From positions 62,001 through 126,000 of IMG/VR virus record IMGVR_UViG_3300045961_000282: DNA of 64,000 nucleotides, one strand, 5' to 3'. Every line of letters begins with the position of its first letter. Position 1 is the first letter of the stretch. Under the pieces are notes generated by a model. The model was not told the DNA's origin. It made no database searches and saw only the letters and a list, made by a program, of their open reading frames with translations. Shown here one piece after another: positions 28,660 through 37,823 of the stretch. The position numbers and the translations under genes were made by a program.

Positions 28660-31265
28660 CGCCGGACGGGCTCCCATGCGCCAAGGTGGCCGGTGATCAC
28701 GATGATGAACTGCTCCCCAATGGGCACGCCGGAGAAGTTGATCCGCACCGTGTTCTCGTCGACGCAAGTGACTCCGACGCCCGCCAGCGTGCCGTCCTCG
28801 ATGTCGAAGACCTGCGTGGTGACCCAACGGTTGCCGAAGTTGTGCGGAACCTCGAACTGCTCATTCACCTGACCGACGGTGTGGATCTCCTCGTAGGCGA
28901 CTGAGTTGCTCTTCAGCCACGCCTTGAAGTCATCCTCGTCCTTGTTCTCGTTGCCGGGCAGTTCCTGCCAGATCTCGACGACGCTGCGGCCGGGATCGCC
29001 CTTGATGGACTCAAGGTAGTCATCAACGGTTCCGTCTTCGTTGCCGGGCAGTTCCTTCCATACATCGAAGGCGCTCGGACCATCGGGGCCCGCCGGACCA
29101 GCCGGACCTGCGTCGCCCTGCGGACCCTTGATGGTTCCGACGTTCTGCCAGTCGGAGCCGTCCCAGACGTGCAGGTCCTCGCCGACGATCCACCCGTCGC
29201 CGGGCGTATTGTTCTCCGTCGGCAGTTCGCCGACGGTAGGCACGCTGCCCTTGATGACGACGCTGGTGCCATCGGCGCCCGCGGCCCCATCGGCACCCGC
29301 GGGACCCTCAGGGCCCATGGGGCCCTGAGGGCCAGTGATGGAATCAAGGAACTCGGCTTCGGTCAGACCCTCGTTGCCCTCGATCTGCAGCCAGACCTCA
29401 AAGGCGCTCTTGCCCTCGGGGCCGGGCTCGCCCTGCGGGCCAACCTCGCCCTGAATGCCCTGATCGCCGGGGTCACCCTTGTCGCCCTGTGGGCCGGGCG
29501 CTCCAGGGTCACCGGGGTCACCCTGCGGGCCCTGAATGCCCTGCTCGCCCTGTGGGCCAACCTCACCCTGCGGCCCCTGCGGACCCTGTGGCCCCTCGGG
29601 ACCAATCGGACCTTCGACACCCTGTGGTCCCTGAGGACCGATGTCACCCTGCAGTCCCTGCGGACCGGGGTCGCCCTGCGGACCGGGGTCGCCTTGATCG
29701 CCCTTGTCGCCCTGCGGGCCGGGCACGGTGGAGTCGGCTCCGGGGTCACCTTGCGGCCCCTGCTCGCCCTGTGGGCCAACCTCGCCTTGCGGCCCCTGCT
29801 CGCCCTGTGGGCCAACCTCGCCCTGCGGACCGACTTCACCCTGTGGGCCCTGCTCGCCGGGCTCACCCGGCTCGCCCTTCAGGCCATCAAGGAACTCTTC
29901 AAGAGTCCCGGTATTGCCCTCCTCTTGCCAGATCTCGTAGGCACTCTTGCCGTCGACACCGTCCTTGCCGTCGGCACCATCAGCGCCGTCGGCACCGGGC
30001 TCGCCCTTCAGCCCCTCAAGGAACTCCTCAAGGGTTCCGGTGTTGCCCTCCTCCTGCCAGATCTCGTAGGCGCTCTTTCCGGGGGCACCATCGGCTCCGT
30101 CAGCGCCAGCGGGACCCTCCGGTCCCTCGGGACCCTGCGGCCCACGGATCGGACCGACGTCGACCCACTTGCTGTTCTCGTCGTCCCAGACGTGCAGGTG
30201 ACCGGTATCCTCGGCGATGTAGCCGTCGCCGGGGTTGGTTCCCACAGCAGGCAGGGAGGCTTCGTCGGGAACAGTGCCCTTGATCGTGACACTGGTTCCT
30301 GCGTCGCCCTTGTCGCCCTGATCGCCCTTCTCGCCGGGGATGCCCTGCTCACCCTGCGGACCCGCAGGTCCCTGTTCTCCGGGCTCGCCCTTCAGGCCCT
30401 CAAGGAAGTCTTCAAGACTTCCCTCATTCCCCGCATCGAGCCACTGGTCGTAGGCGTCCTTGCCGTCAACGCCGTCAGCGCCGGGGTCGCCCTTGTCGCC
30501 CTTGAGCCCTTCGAGGAACTCGGTCTCGTCCTTGCCCTCGTTGCCGGGGATTTCCTGCCAGATCTCGAGGGCGCTCTTCCCGGGCTCCCCTTGCTCGCCC
30601 TGCGCCCCATCGGCACCAGCAGGACCTGCGGGCCCCTCCTGACCTTCGGGTCCCTCAACACCCTGTGGTCCCTCGGGACCAACGGGACCAACGGGACCAG
30701 CCTCGCCCTGCGGGCCAACCGGCCCTGCGGGGCCCATGGGCCCTTCGGGGCCAGCGGGACCCACAGGCCCCTCCACGCCCTGCGGGCCTTCTGCGCCATC
30801 GATGCCGGGCAGCCCCTGCGGACCCTCAGGGCCTTCGGGTCCCTCGGGGCCTGCGGGGCCCACCAAACCCTGCGGACCCTCGGGGCCGATGGGGCCGGGG
30901 TCGCCCTGCAGGCCCTGCTCACCCTGCGGGCCTTGGATGCCCTGCTGCCCCTCGGGACCCTCGATGCCCTGCTCACCCTGCGGGCCCTCGGGTCCTGCCG
31001 GTCCGGGCGGTCCGACGAACGGTCCGGCGTCGACCCACGCCTCGCCGCCCCACACCCACAGGTGGCCGTTGTCGTCGGACACCCACGCATCGCCGGGGGT
31101 CTCGCCTGCGTCGGCAGGCGGGCCCACCGGGATGTGCCCGAGGATGTTCAGCCCGAGGAGCGGCACCTTCGAGGTGTCGAACCAGAAGTCATCGGGATCC
31201 GCTGCCGTGGGGGGCGTGCTACCCACCCAGATGTCGGCATCGACGATCTCGAACGGGTCAGCCAT
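28656..31265 (-). CDS. Large collagen-like fibre protein
   Basis: About 869 aa from MADPFEIV. Extensive Gly-X-Y interrupted by KSA(Y/F)E(I/V)W...GN.G...FL..LKG repeats; C-terminal HNFG domain. Confidence 0.85.
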   Translation of the reverse strand: MADPFEIVDADIWVGSTPPTAADPDDFWFDTSKVPLLGLNILGHIPVGPPADAGETPGDAWVSDDNGHLWVWGGEAWVDAGPFVGPPGPAGPEGPQGEQGIEGPEGQQGIQGPQGEQGLQGDPGPIGPEGPQGLVGPAGPEGPEGPEGPQGLPGIDGAEGPQGVEGPVGPAGPEGPMGPAGPVGPQGEAGPVGPVGPEGPQGVEGPEGQEGPAGPAGADGAQGEQGEPGKSALEIWQEIPGNEGKDETEFLEGLKGDKGDPGADGVDGKDAYDQWLDAGNEGSLEDFLEGLKGEPGEQGPAGPQGEQGIPGEKGDQGDKGDAGTSVTIKGTVPDEASLPAVGTNPGDGYIAEDTGHLHVWDDENSKWVDVGPIRGPQGPEGPEGPAGADGADGAPGKSAYEIWQEEGNTGTLEEFLEGLKGEPGADGADGADGKDGVDGKSAYEIWQEEGNTGTLEEFLDGLKGEPGEPGEQGPQGEVGPQGEVGPQGEQGPQGEVGPQGEQGPQGDPGADSTVPGPQGDKGDQGDPGPQGDPGPQGLQGDIGPQGPQGVEGPIGPEGPQGPQGPQGEVGPQGEQGIQGPQGDPGDPGAPGPQGDKGDPGDQGIQGEVGPQGEPGPEGKSAFEVWLQIEGNEGLTEAEFLDSITGPQGPMGPEGPAGADGAAGADGTSVVIKGSVPTVGELPTENNTPGDGWIVGEDLHVWDGSDWQNVGTIKGPQGDAGPAGPAGPDGPSAFDVWKELPGNEDGTVDDYLESIKGDPGRSVVEIWQELPGNENKDEDDFKAWLKSNSVAYEEIHTVGQVNEQFEVPHNFGNRWVTTQVFDIEDGTLAGVGVTCVDENTVRINFSGVPIGEQFIIVITGHLGAWEPVRR

Positions 31266-31788
31266 GTCGAACCTCCACTGCGCGGCGCAGGACCCCGTGG
31301 ACCCACGTTCCATTGATCTTGTAGGCGATCGTTCCCTGCACGCGCCAGTCATTGACGCTGTCGAACCGCAGGCCCTTCGTTTCGAAATCGATGGTCTGGT
31401 CGACCTCGACGACGGAGAAGCACTCCTTGGCCGCCTCGGACCACGTACCGGGGTCGGGGCAGCGCTGCTTGGCCTCGACGCAGTAGTCGCCCGGTGGCAG
31501 CGCGTCGTCGGGGGTGAACGACCACGTGCCGTCGGGATTGACCGTCGCGTAGACCGAGGACCCGCCGGGCTTGATGACCAGCCAGATCTGGCAGCCCGGC
31601 TTGCCCGTGCCAGTGATGGTCGGCGGGTTCTCCGGCAGGACCGGCGGGATCGGGTCGATGGTCGGCTTCTGCGAGGCGCCGCTGCCCGACCCGTGCGGGG
31701 CCTTGGGGTCCCACCAGATCCGCCAGTCGCGGGGCCACGGCGGGGCCGAGGACGTCACTGCCCGCCACTGGTTGCTCGGGATGCTCAC
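31258..31788 (-). CDS. Bacterial Ig-like domain protein
   Basis: GTGA-coupled start [17 protein letters not shown]...[20 protein letters not shown] is a Big-type Ig motif. Confidence 0.7.
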   Translation of the reverse strand: MSIPSNQWRAVTSSAPPWPRDWRIWWDPKAPHGSGSGASQKPTIDPIPPVLPENPPTITGTGKPGCQIWLVIKPGGSSVYATVNPDGTWSFTPDDALPPGDYCVEAKQRCPDPGTWSEAAKECFSVVEVDQTIDFETKGLRFDSVNDWRVQGTIAYKINGTWVHGVLRRAVEVRHG

Positions 31789-32558
31789 CTGCGCCTCCTT
31801 CTTGCAGGGGCTGCCACGGGCCACGTCTTGCGCCGCCCGACCGGCAGGTCGGGGGAGAAGACCCGGGCGGGCAACTGAGCCTTGTTCGGGTTGATTGCTT
31901 TCAGGAATACATCCACAGAGTAGAGACCAATGCGGCCGTCGGTCAGGAAATCCTGCGGATCGAAGATGCTGTAGTTGACACCCTGCCGCGACACGCTGGT
32001 GACCCGCTCGGGCAGGCGGCATTCGTCGGGGCACTCGATGGACTTCACGAACTCGTTGGCCAGATCCAGCACCGCGGTGACTCCGGCGGGCGGCGGCTTC
32101 GAACCATACGTGTAGGTCACCTCGAGGCCGCACGGGTCGAAGCACGGATCGCACACCCCATCACCCGCGGGCGCGAGGTAGGCGTGGTCGTAGACCGCCA
32201 GCGTCTTGAGGTCGACCTCGGCGCCCGAGGGCAGCCGTCGCACGGCCTTGATCTCGCGCACCGGGCGGCCCCGCAGGAACAGGAACTTCTGATCCTCGCG
32301 GCGGCCCCAGTTCGGGTCGCGGAACCGCGAGGCGAAGTAGGCGTACCCCGCCCGGTAGTCGCCCGCGTCGGGCACCCATCCCCCGCAACAGGGGATGCCG
32401 CCGTCGCAGATGTACTCCTCGGTGACCTCATGGACCCCGGACCACTTGCGCCCTGACAGCACCCACAGCAGGTAACTGGCCGTGGCCAGCGCCTCGGCGG
32501 CGTTCGGTGAGGTGGGCTTGTCGAGGTCGGTCACCTCGGCCCAGAGTCCGGCGGTCAC
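31785..32558 (-). CDS. Head-to-tail adaptor
   Basis: [13 protein letters not shown]...[10 protein letters not shown]...LANEF...[15 protein letters not shown]...G.IGL..VD.FL...NP motif. Confidence 0.8.
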   Translation of the reverse strand: MTAGLWAEVTDLDKPTSPNAAEALATASYLLWVLSGRKWSGVHEVTEEYICDGGIPCCGGWVPDAGDYRAGYAYFASRFRDPNWGRREDQKFLFLRGRPVREIKAVRRLPSGAEVDLKTLAVYDHAYLAPAGDGVCDPCFDPCGLEVTYTYGSKPPPAGVTAVLDLANEFVKSIECPDECRLPERVTSVSRQGVNYSIFDPQDFLTDGRIGLYSVDVFLKAINPNKAQLPARVFSPDLPVGRRKTWPVAAPARRRRR

Positions 32559-33511
32559 GACGACAGCACCACCCAACCGCGGGACCCGTTGTGGTTGATG
32601 ATCGACTTCTCGCCAGTCAAGCGGATCAGGGTGTTGGACACGTACTCGATGTAGACCACGTTGTTCGACACGAAGGTGCCCGACCGCGTGTAGTCGATCA
32701 GGATCTCGACGTTCGGCCTCTTGTTGTAGAAGTTGTCCGGGATCGGAACGTCCATCTGTGCATAGACGTTGGCCAGCGGCCCCGAGGTCACCTGCAGGAA
32801 GGCGAGGGGGAACATGGCGTGCTCGGCACCCGGCCCCGGCTCACCCTGCGGTCCCTGCACCGTCCCGAAGTTGTACCACTCCGGAGCGCCGTTGACATCG
32901 ATCCATGCCCACAGGTTCCTGCAGGTATCGATGTAACCGTCGCCGACGTTGACGCCCGGGAACGGCGGCGGAAATTCGCAGTCGGGCCCGTTGGCGAAGG
33001 TGCCGATGATCAGGATGCCGCCGCCACGGGGACCCTCGGGACCCTGAATCCCCTGAATCCCCTGCGGGCCCTGCGGACCCTGCGGCCCCTCGGGGAGTTC
33101 GATCTTGGAGCCGGAGTTGATCCACTCGCCGAGCGTGCTGTTCCAGTACCAGATGTCTCCACTGACGCTGTCGAAGTAGAGATCATTCGGATTCGGCGGA
33201 CCTGTGGGGTGGATCGCGCTGGGCTCACCCTGACCGATCAACCACCGACCACCGTCGGCGCCATCCTTGCCCGGCGGCCCCTCGGGTCCGGCGGGACCCA
33301 TCGGCAGGCCCTGATGAACCTGTATGTACTCGATCGTCGTGTACCGCTCACCCTCGGCGCGACCCGCGACAGGATCCCCCTGCACGGGGAACCGCCCCTG
33401 CGGATGAATGATCTCCGTGGCAGGAACGTCGGGGTAGGGGATCCCGTCCCGGTTCAGGTCGACGTCCGGGATGGGAATCTCGACCGGAGATCCGATGTCG
33501 TAGTCGGCCAT
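32555..33511 (-). CDS. Collagen-containing fibre protein
   Basis: TGATG-coupled MADYDIG. Gly-X-Y and DLYFDSVSGDIWYW motifs. Confidence 0.7.
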   Translation of the reverse strand: MADYDIGSPVEIPIPDVDLNRDGIPYPDVPATEIIHPQGRFPVQGDPVAGRAEGERYTTIEYIQVHQGLPMGPAGPEGPPGKDGADGGRWLIGQGEPSAIHPTGPPNPNDLYFDSVSGDIWYWNSTLGEWINSGSKIELPEGPQGPQGPQGIQGIQGPEGPRGGGILIIGTFANGPDCEFPPPFPGVNVGDGYIDTCRNLWAWIDVNGAPEWYNFGTVQGPQGEPGPGAEHAMFPLAFLQVTSGPLANVYAQMDVPIPDNFYNKRPNVEILIDYTRSGTFVSNNVVYIEYVSNTLIRLTGEKSIINHNGSRGWVVLSS

Positions 33512-34380
33512 CAGTTCTCCTCCACGGGGCCGTTCATCTGGATCCAGACCTGCCCATGGGACCAGTTCGTGCCGTACCAACCGCGGGTTCCGCGGCGGTT
33601 CGGGATCGCTTCGCTCACGATGTTGGTCAACGGAATCCAGTCGGTCCAGTTCCCGTCGCGCATGACCCGGCTGAACATCAGCCCGCGCTCCATGTCGACG
33701 ACCGTTTGGGCCACGGTCGAGTTGCCGATCTTCTCCACCAAGCCGATCGTGCGCCCCGGCGTTCCGGGCGGGGCGCTCTTGCCCGCCGCGGGAGTTCCTG
33801 CGCCGCCGATCTGCTGGTAGATGCCCTGCTCGGTGGCGTTGTCCCAGTCGTGCCCCGTGTCGATGGCCTCGTTGACCCCAGAGACATAGTCTCCAAAGAA
33901 CCTCTGAAGGGGAACCCTGTCATAAACGCGATTGAAGTATTCGACATTCACCGCATCTCGAAGATTCGGCGCATCAAAATCAGGCGTTCCGACCTGAATT
34001 GCCTTGTCGAAGTCGGCCCCTTCGTTGCCGTACAGGGTTCCGGTCAGCGGGTTGTCGGGACCGGCAACGAAAGGCAGGTAGTCCAGATCGTGGTCATGCT
34101 CGTTGACGGACCCTGTCGGACCCTTGAGGGACGTCCCTGTCGGCTCCCAGACCCCGTTCTCAACCACCCACACGTCGCCGGAGTCGGAGTCAAGGTAGTA
34201 ACTGCCGTTCGGGACGCCGGGGGGATTGACGGGATCGCCTGAACCGATCTTCCAACCGATTCCCTCGGATCCTCGTGGCCCCATCGGCCCGCGAGGAAGT
34301 TCGATCGCCACGTCCACAGCGTCGATCCAGTCCACGGGCGTCGTCGCTGCCCGAGGAGTGATGCTCGGCTCAAGCGCCAC
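33511..34380 (-). CDS. Fibre protein with a pyocin-knob-like domain
   Basis: GSYYLDSDSGDVW, DAVNVEY, DWDNATEQGIY...QT......MFSR....GNWTDW. Confidence 0.65.
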   Translation of the reverse strand: MALEPSITPRAATTPVDWIDAVDVAIELPRGPMGPRGSEGIGWKIGSGDPVNPPGVPNGSYYLDSDSGDVWVVENGVWEPTGTSLKGPTGSVNEHDHDLDYLPFVAGPDNPLTGTLYGNEGADFDKAIQVGTPDFDAPNLRDAVNVEYFNRVYDRVPLQRFFGDYVSGVNEAIDTGHDWDNATEQGIYQQIGGAGTPAAGKSAPPGTPGRTIGLVEKIGNSTVAQTVVDMERGLMFSRVMRDGNWTDWIPLTNIVSEAIPNRRGTRGWYGTNWSHGQVWIQMNGPVEEN

Positions 34381-34383
34381 TGG

Positions 34384-34863
34384 TCACCTCCTCCTTGTTG
34401 CTACCGGCGTGATCATCGCGGGATGCGTGACGTCGGCAGGGGCGTAGATGAAGCCACGCACCAGAGTGCGCACGTGGTCGTAGTTGAAACCATACGAAGC
34501 AATGGTTTCGGTGACTTGGAAATCCCACATACTCACTGGCGGCAGGTACTGCGCGGATGGTTCCGACAGGTAGAGCCTGATGATTCCCTGCTGCCGGTAT
34601 GTGATGATGTCTCCGGTCAAAGGATCCCGGATTTCATCGCCGTTCTGGTCGAGGATCGGATGATCATCAATGATCTGGAACCGTGAAATCTCTGGACCGT
34701 CAGGATTTGCGCGAATATGCGCTTCCATCTTTGTCCAGTCGCTCACGTCGACGGGTTGCCCCTGATGGCGCATGCGGAGTCGGATGGTCAGTGAGTCACC
34801 GCGGTAGTGGGTGATGTCCAGCCGCGCGGGCGTGAGGTTCGGGAGTTCAGCGCGCCTTGGCAT
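34384..34863 (-). CDS. Beta-sandwich fibre-attachment protein (BppU-N/LtfC-like)
   Basis: RLDITHYRGDS...PVDVSDW...AHIR...WDFQVT...VRTLVRG...DVT. Confidence 0.6.
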   Translation of the reverse strand: MPRRAELPNLTPARLDITHYRGDSLTIRLRMRHQGQPVDVSDWTKMEAHIRANPDGPEISRFQIIDDHPILDQNGDEIRDPLTGDIITYRQQGIIRLYLSEPSAQYLPPVSMWDFQVTETIASYGFNYDHVRTLVRGFIYAPADVTHPAMITPVATRRR

Positions 34864-35332
34864 TTCCGTACTCCGTTGAATACTCGACAAGCCCGGTGGT
34901 GACGTCGTTGACCAGCGTGACGGTGCCGCGCAGGACCGTGCGCACCCAGCCCTGCGGAGTGATCGCCTCCAGATCCCAGATTCCACTGGTCGTGATGAGC
35001 CGCGACTGCTGGTTCGTCAGCCGCATGGCGACAACGCCGTTCTCGTTGTCCCGGGCGACCTCCTGCATCGCGGCCTGCAGGGGCGCGTCGGGCGACGCGC
35101 GGATCTCGGCCTTGAACCGCCAGTTGGTGATGTCCAGCACGGCGGGCGTGTTCCCATCGGGGCCCAGCGAGCCGACCACGAACCACCACTCGTAGGTGTC
35201 GCCGCGGTAGATCGAGATGTTGTAGGTCCCGGGAAACAGGAACTGCGGATCATAGGCACGCAGGGTGCGCGCAGGAAGCGGCGCAGGTGCAGTGCTGTAC
35301 CGGACAACGGCGCCATCGTCACGGACGGGCAT
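34847..35332 (-). CDS. Beta-sandwich fibre-attachment protein (paralog)
   Basis: YNISIYRGDT...LDITNW...AEIR...WDLE...VRTVLRG...DVT. Confidence 0.6.
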   Translation of the reverse strand: MPVRDDGAVVRYSTAPAPLPARTLRAYDPQFLFPGTYNISIYRGDTYEWWFVVGSLGPDGNTPAVLDITNWRFKAEIRASPDAPLQAAMQEVARDNENGVVAMRLTNQQSRLITTSGIWDLEAITPQGWVRTVLRGTVTLVNDVTTGLVEYSTEYGNAKAR

Positions 35333-36041
35333 CCAGCACGCTCCCTTCCTGCACCAACAGGATCCCGGCGAGCAGGATGCGCGGCTCATGGAAGGTGTTC
35401 CACGCGCGCAACACGTAACTGAATCGTCCGGGTGTCAGAGTCGCTGCGTCAGAGGCCGTGAGGCTCAGGATGATTGTGTCGCGGTTGGGGGAAACTGTCA
35501 GCCAAGGTGCACCGATCCACCGCAGAACCTCATCGCCCGCGAAGTCGGAGAGTACGAACTCCGGGGCGAGGGTGGAGTCGAAGGAGATCTCGTCATCCGC
35601 GGGCAGCAGTCCGGGGAGAGATATGGTTCTCTCGAAGGAATGCCCCGCCGTGAGGATCGGTGTCCACGACCCGGCCAGCGCACTGCGCGGCGGGTTGATC
35701 GACACAGACAACTCGGCGAACGCAGGACCGTGGGCGATCCGCTGGTTGGCCACCCAGATGTCGTAGTGCCCGGAGGATGTGACGGCCGCCGTGACCTCGG
35801 CGGGCAGGTCGACGTTGAGCATCGTCGTGTCGAGGGGATCGACCGAACAATACGGCGCGAGGTCGAGGATCAGCCGCCCTGCCGCGGCGGCCCGAATCTC
35901 GGCGCGCACAGGCTGCCCCTCGACACCGAACCCCGCAGGGAACGAGATGTTGAGGGGCTGCCCTTGAACGATGCACAGCGGGGTCGGCTGCGAGTCATCA
36001 CAGCCGACCCCCTCTGCACATCCGCGCGTCCGCCATGCCAC
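35319..36041 (-). CDS. Tandem beta-sandwich structural protein (distant paralog of the two downstream genes)
   Basis: LCIVQGQP...RAEIR...YDIWV, plus a second repeat ...ILSLTASD...YVL...RILLAG. Confidence 0.55.
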   Translation of the reverse strand: MAWRTRGCAEGVGCDDSQPTPLCIVQGQPLNISFPAGFGVEGQPVRAEIRAAAAGRLILDLAPYCSVDPLDTTMLNVDLPAEVTAAVTSSGHYDIWVANQRIAHGPAFAELSVSINPPRSALAGSWTPILTAGHSFERTISLPGLLPADDEISFDSTLAPEFVLSDFAGDEVLRWIGAPWLTVSPNRDTIILSLTASDAATLTPGRFSYVLRAWNTFHEPRILLAGILLVQEGSVLDARP

Positions 36042-36076
36042 GGAATCGCCTCTTCCTCAGGTGACGACTCCGGGGG

Positions 36077-36919
36077 TCAGCGGGTTGCGCCAGCGTCGAG
36101 AGCCGAGGTCGCCTGCCCGAGATCCGCCTCGTAGGAGAACGGGGTGACGGTCTCCGGGTGCGGCTTGATGTTGGCAGAGTCGGCCACGCCGGGATCGTTG
36201 GTGACGCCGCTGTTGTCCACCCAGCCGCGAGTGTTCGGCCCGGTCTCGCAGGGAATCTCGTTGTCGCGGGCGTACATGTACGGACGGTCGGTGGCATCCG
36301 GCCACGCCCAGTCGTCCACACCACCAGTGCCGAAGTTGATGTTGCCGACGCCGAAGCCCTCGAAGGCGTTGGCCAGCACACCGTTCTCGATCACACGGTC
36401 GCCCGACGGGCGCAACTGCACCTTCGGGAAGACCCAGCGGTAGTACGGCAGGTCGTTGTCGCGGGCGCCATCACGGATGGCCAGCGACCAGACCTCGATC
36501 GCCACACCGTCCTGATTGGGCGCGTCGCCGACCTTGCCCGAGGCGTAGCCGATCGTCGAGCCCTCAAGGTCCTTGCCCTGCAGCGGAGCGGGCAGGTCGC
36601 CATCGCTCTCCGGCAGATTGAGCAGGACGCCGCCGGTCAGCAGTTCGGTGACCTCTGGGTCTGGCTCACAGATCGCCAGTTCCATCGTGGCGCGCTTGAG
36701 CGTGTCGGGGGCCTTGTAGGTGATGCAGACCTCGCCCGCCGCGTTCTTCTCGGTCGTCTCGTCACCCTCTTCGTACTCGGGGGTGAACGAGACCCGCATG
36801 AAGGCCTTGGTGACGTAGACCGTCCCCTCGGCTGCCTTCATCGGGGTGCCGTCAGGCGCAAGGCGGGTCAGTCGAAGGCAGACCCCCTGCACGCTGGCCG
36901 CGTAGTTATTGACAGCCAT
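36077..36919 (-). CDS. Major tail protein
   Basis: MAVNNYAASVQGVCLRLTRL...FTPEYEEGDE..EKNAAGEVC...DTLKR...ICEPDPE...AIEVWS...YYRWVFP. Confidence 0.85.
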   Translation of the reverse strand: MAVNNYAASVQGVCLRLTRLAPDGTPMKAAEGTVYVTKAFMRVSFTPEYEEGDETTEKNAAGEVCITYKAPDTLKRATMELAICEPDPEVTELLTGGVLLNLPESDGDLPAPLQGKDLEGSTIGYASGKVGDAPNQDGVAIEVWSLAIRDGARDNDLPYYRWVFPKVQLRPSGDRVIENGVLANAFEGFGVGNINFGTGGVDDWAWPDATDRPYMYARDNEIPCETGPNTRGWVDNSGVTNDPGVADSANIKPHPETVTPFSYEADLGQATSALDAGATR

Positions 36920-36939
36920 TTGTGTGTCTCCTAATCGGT

Positions 36940-37782
36940 TCAGACTTGGTTGAGGTCGACCTTGACGGCGAAGGTGCAGCATCCGTCGAATGCGACCGCC
37001 GCAAGGCGCTCTGCCTTGAAGCGAATGTCGTTTTTTGCCACATCGACTGCTTGGCCGAGCGTCTCGGGATAGATCGCCGGATCCCCCAACCAGACCTGCA
37101 CCGGCCCGGTGGCGAACGCCCACGTCCCGTCCCACGCGCCACCACCGGACGGGTCACTGGTGCTGTACCCGCTGCCCGCGATGACCATGGACCCGACTTT
37201 GGTGAACAGGACCCCGTCTTCCTCCACGAGGCTCTTGATGGCCCCGGCTGTCCCTCGGGTGAGGTGCAGCACAGGGGCACCGCCGTAGCCGCAGTCGGCG
37301 TAGGCATCCTCAAGGAGTGCGATGGCCGCCTTCGGGGAAACCCCGGAGGAGTCGACGATCACGGTGCCGGGCCCGGTGAGCCAGCGGCCCACGGGGTCGG
37401 CCTGTGACGCCACGGCGCCCCACTTGAGTTCGAACTCCAGCGCCTTCTGCGTGGAGGCCTCAAGCAGGTCCTTGACCCGCCCCTCGGCCTTGTTGCGGAA
37501 GTCCGCCCCGAAGGTCGAGGTGCAGGTGTCGGTGACCGTGATGCCCATGGGCGGCGCGCTGACGATCCGGTCCTTGCCCGTCCCGTCGGAGACGTTGGTC
37601 TCGTTCGGGTCGCACAGGTCCCAGAGGTCAACCTTGGCCGCGCAGGACAGCGACTCGTAGGCGACTCCCCCCTCCCACCGATCGACATCGGGGGTCAGGG
37701 TGATCCTGTTGACCAGTCCGAAAGGGGCCGCGGCCAGCGCGGGAGCGTCGACGACTCCGCCGACAGTCTTGTTCGTGGCCAC
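36940..37782 (-). CDS. Second capsid protein (major capsid pentamer-type)
   Basis: 280 aa directly after the major capsid gene. RWEGGVAY, ALEFEL..G, IAGSGY, ATGPV...N.....AER motifs. Confidence 0.7.
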   Translation of the reverse strand: MATNKTVGGVVDAPALAAAPFGLVNRITLTPDVDRWEGGVAYESLSCAAKVDLWDLCDPNETNVSDGTGKDRIVSAPPMGITVTDTCTSTFGADFRNKAEGRVKDLLEASTQKALEFELKWGAVASQADPVGRWLTGPGTVIVDSSGVSPKAAIALLEDAYADCGYGGAPVLHLTRGTAGAIKSLVEEDGVLFTKVGSMVIAGSGYSTSDPSGGGAWDGTWAFATGPVQVWLGDPAIYPETLGQAVDVAKNDIRFKAERLAAVAFDGCCTFAVKVDLNQV

Positions 37783-37823
37783 GGCCCCTCCTCGGTCTGC
37801 TCTTTCGCCTGTCAGTCAGTCGA

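Noticed and set aside
28900-31020. Highly repetitive DNA that could be mistaken for a CRISPR array or satellite
   Set aside because: The repeats are Gly-X-Y codons and KSAYEIW protein repeats within one ORF; there is no constant repeat with unique spacers.
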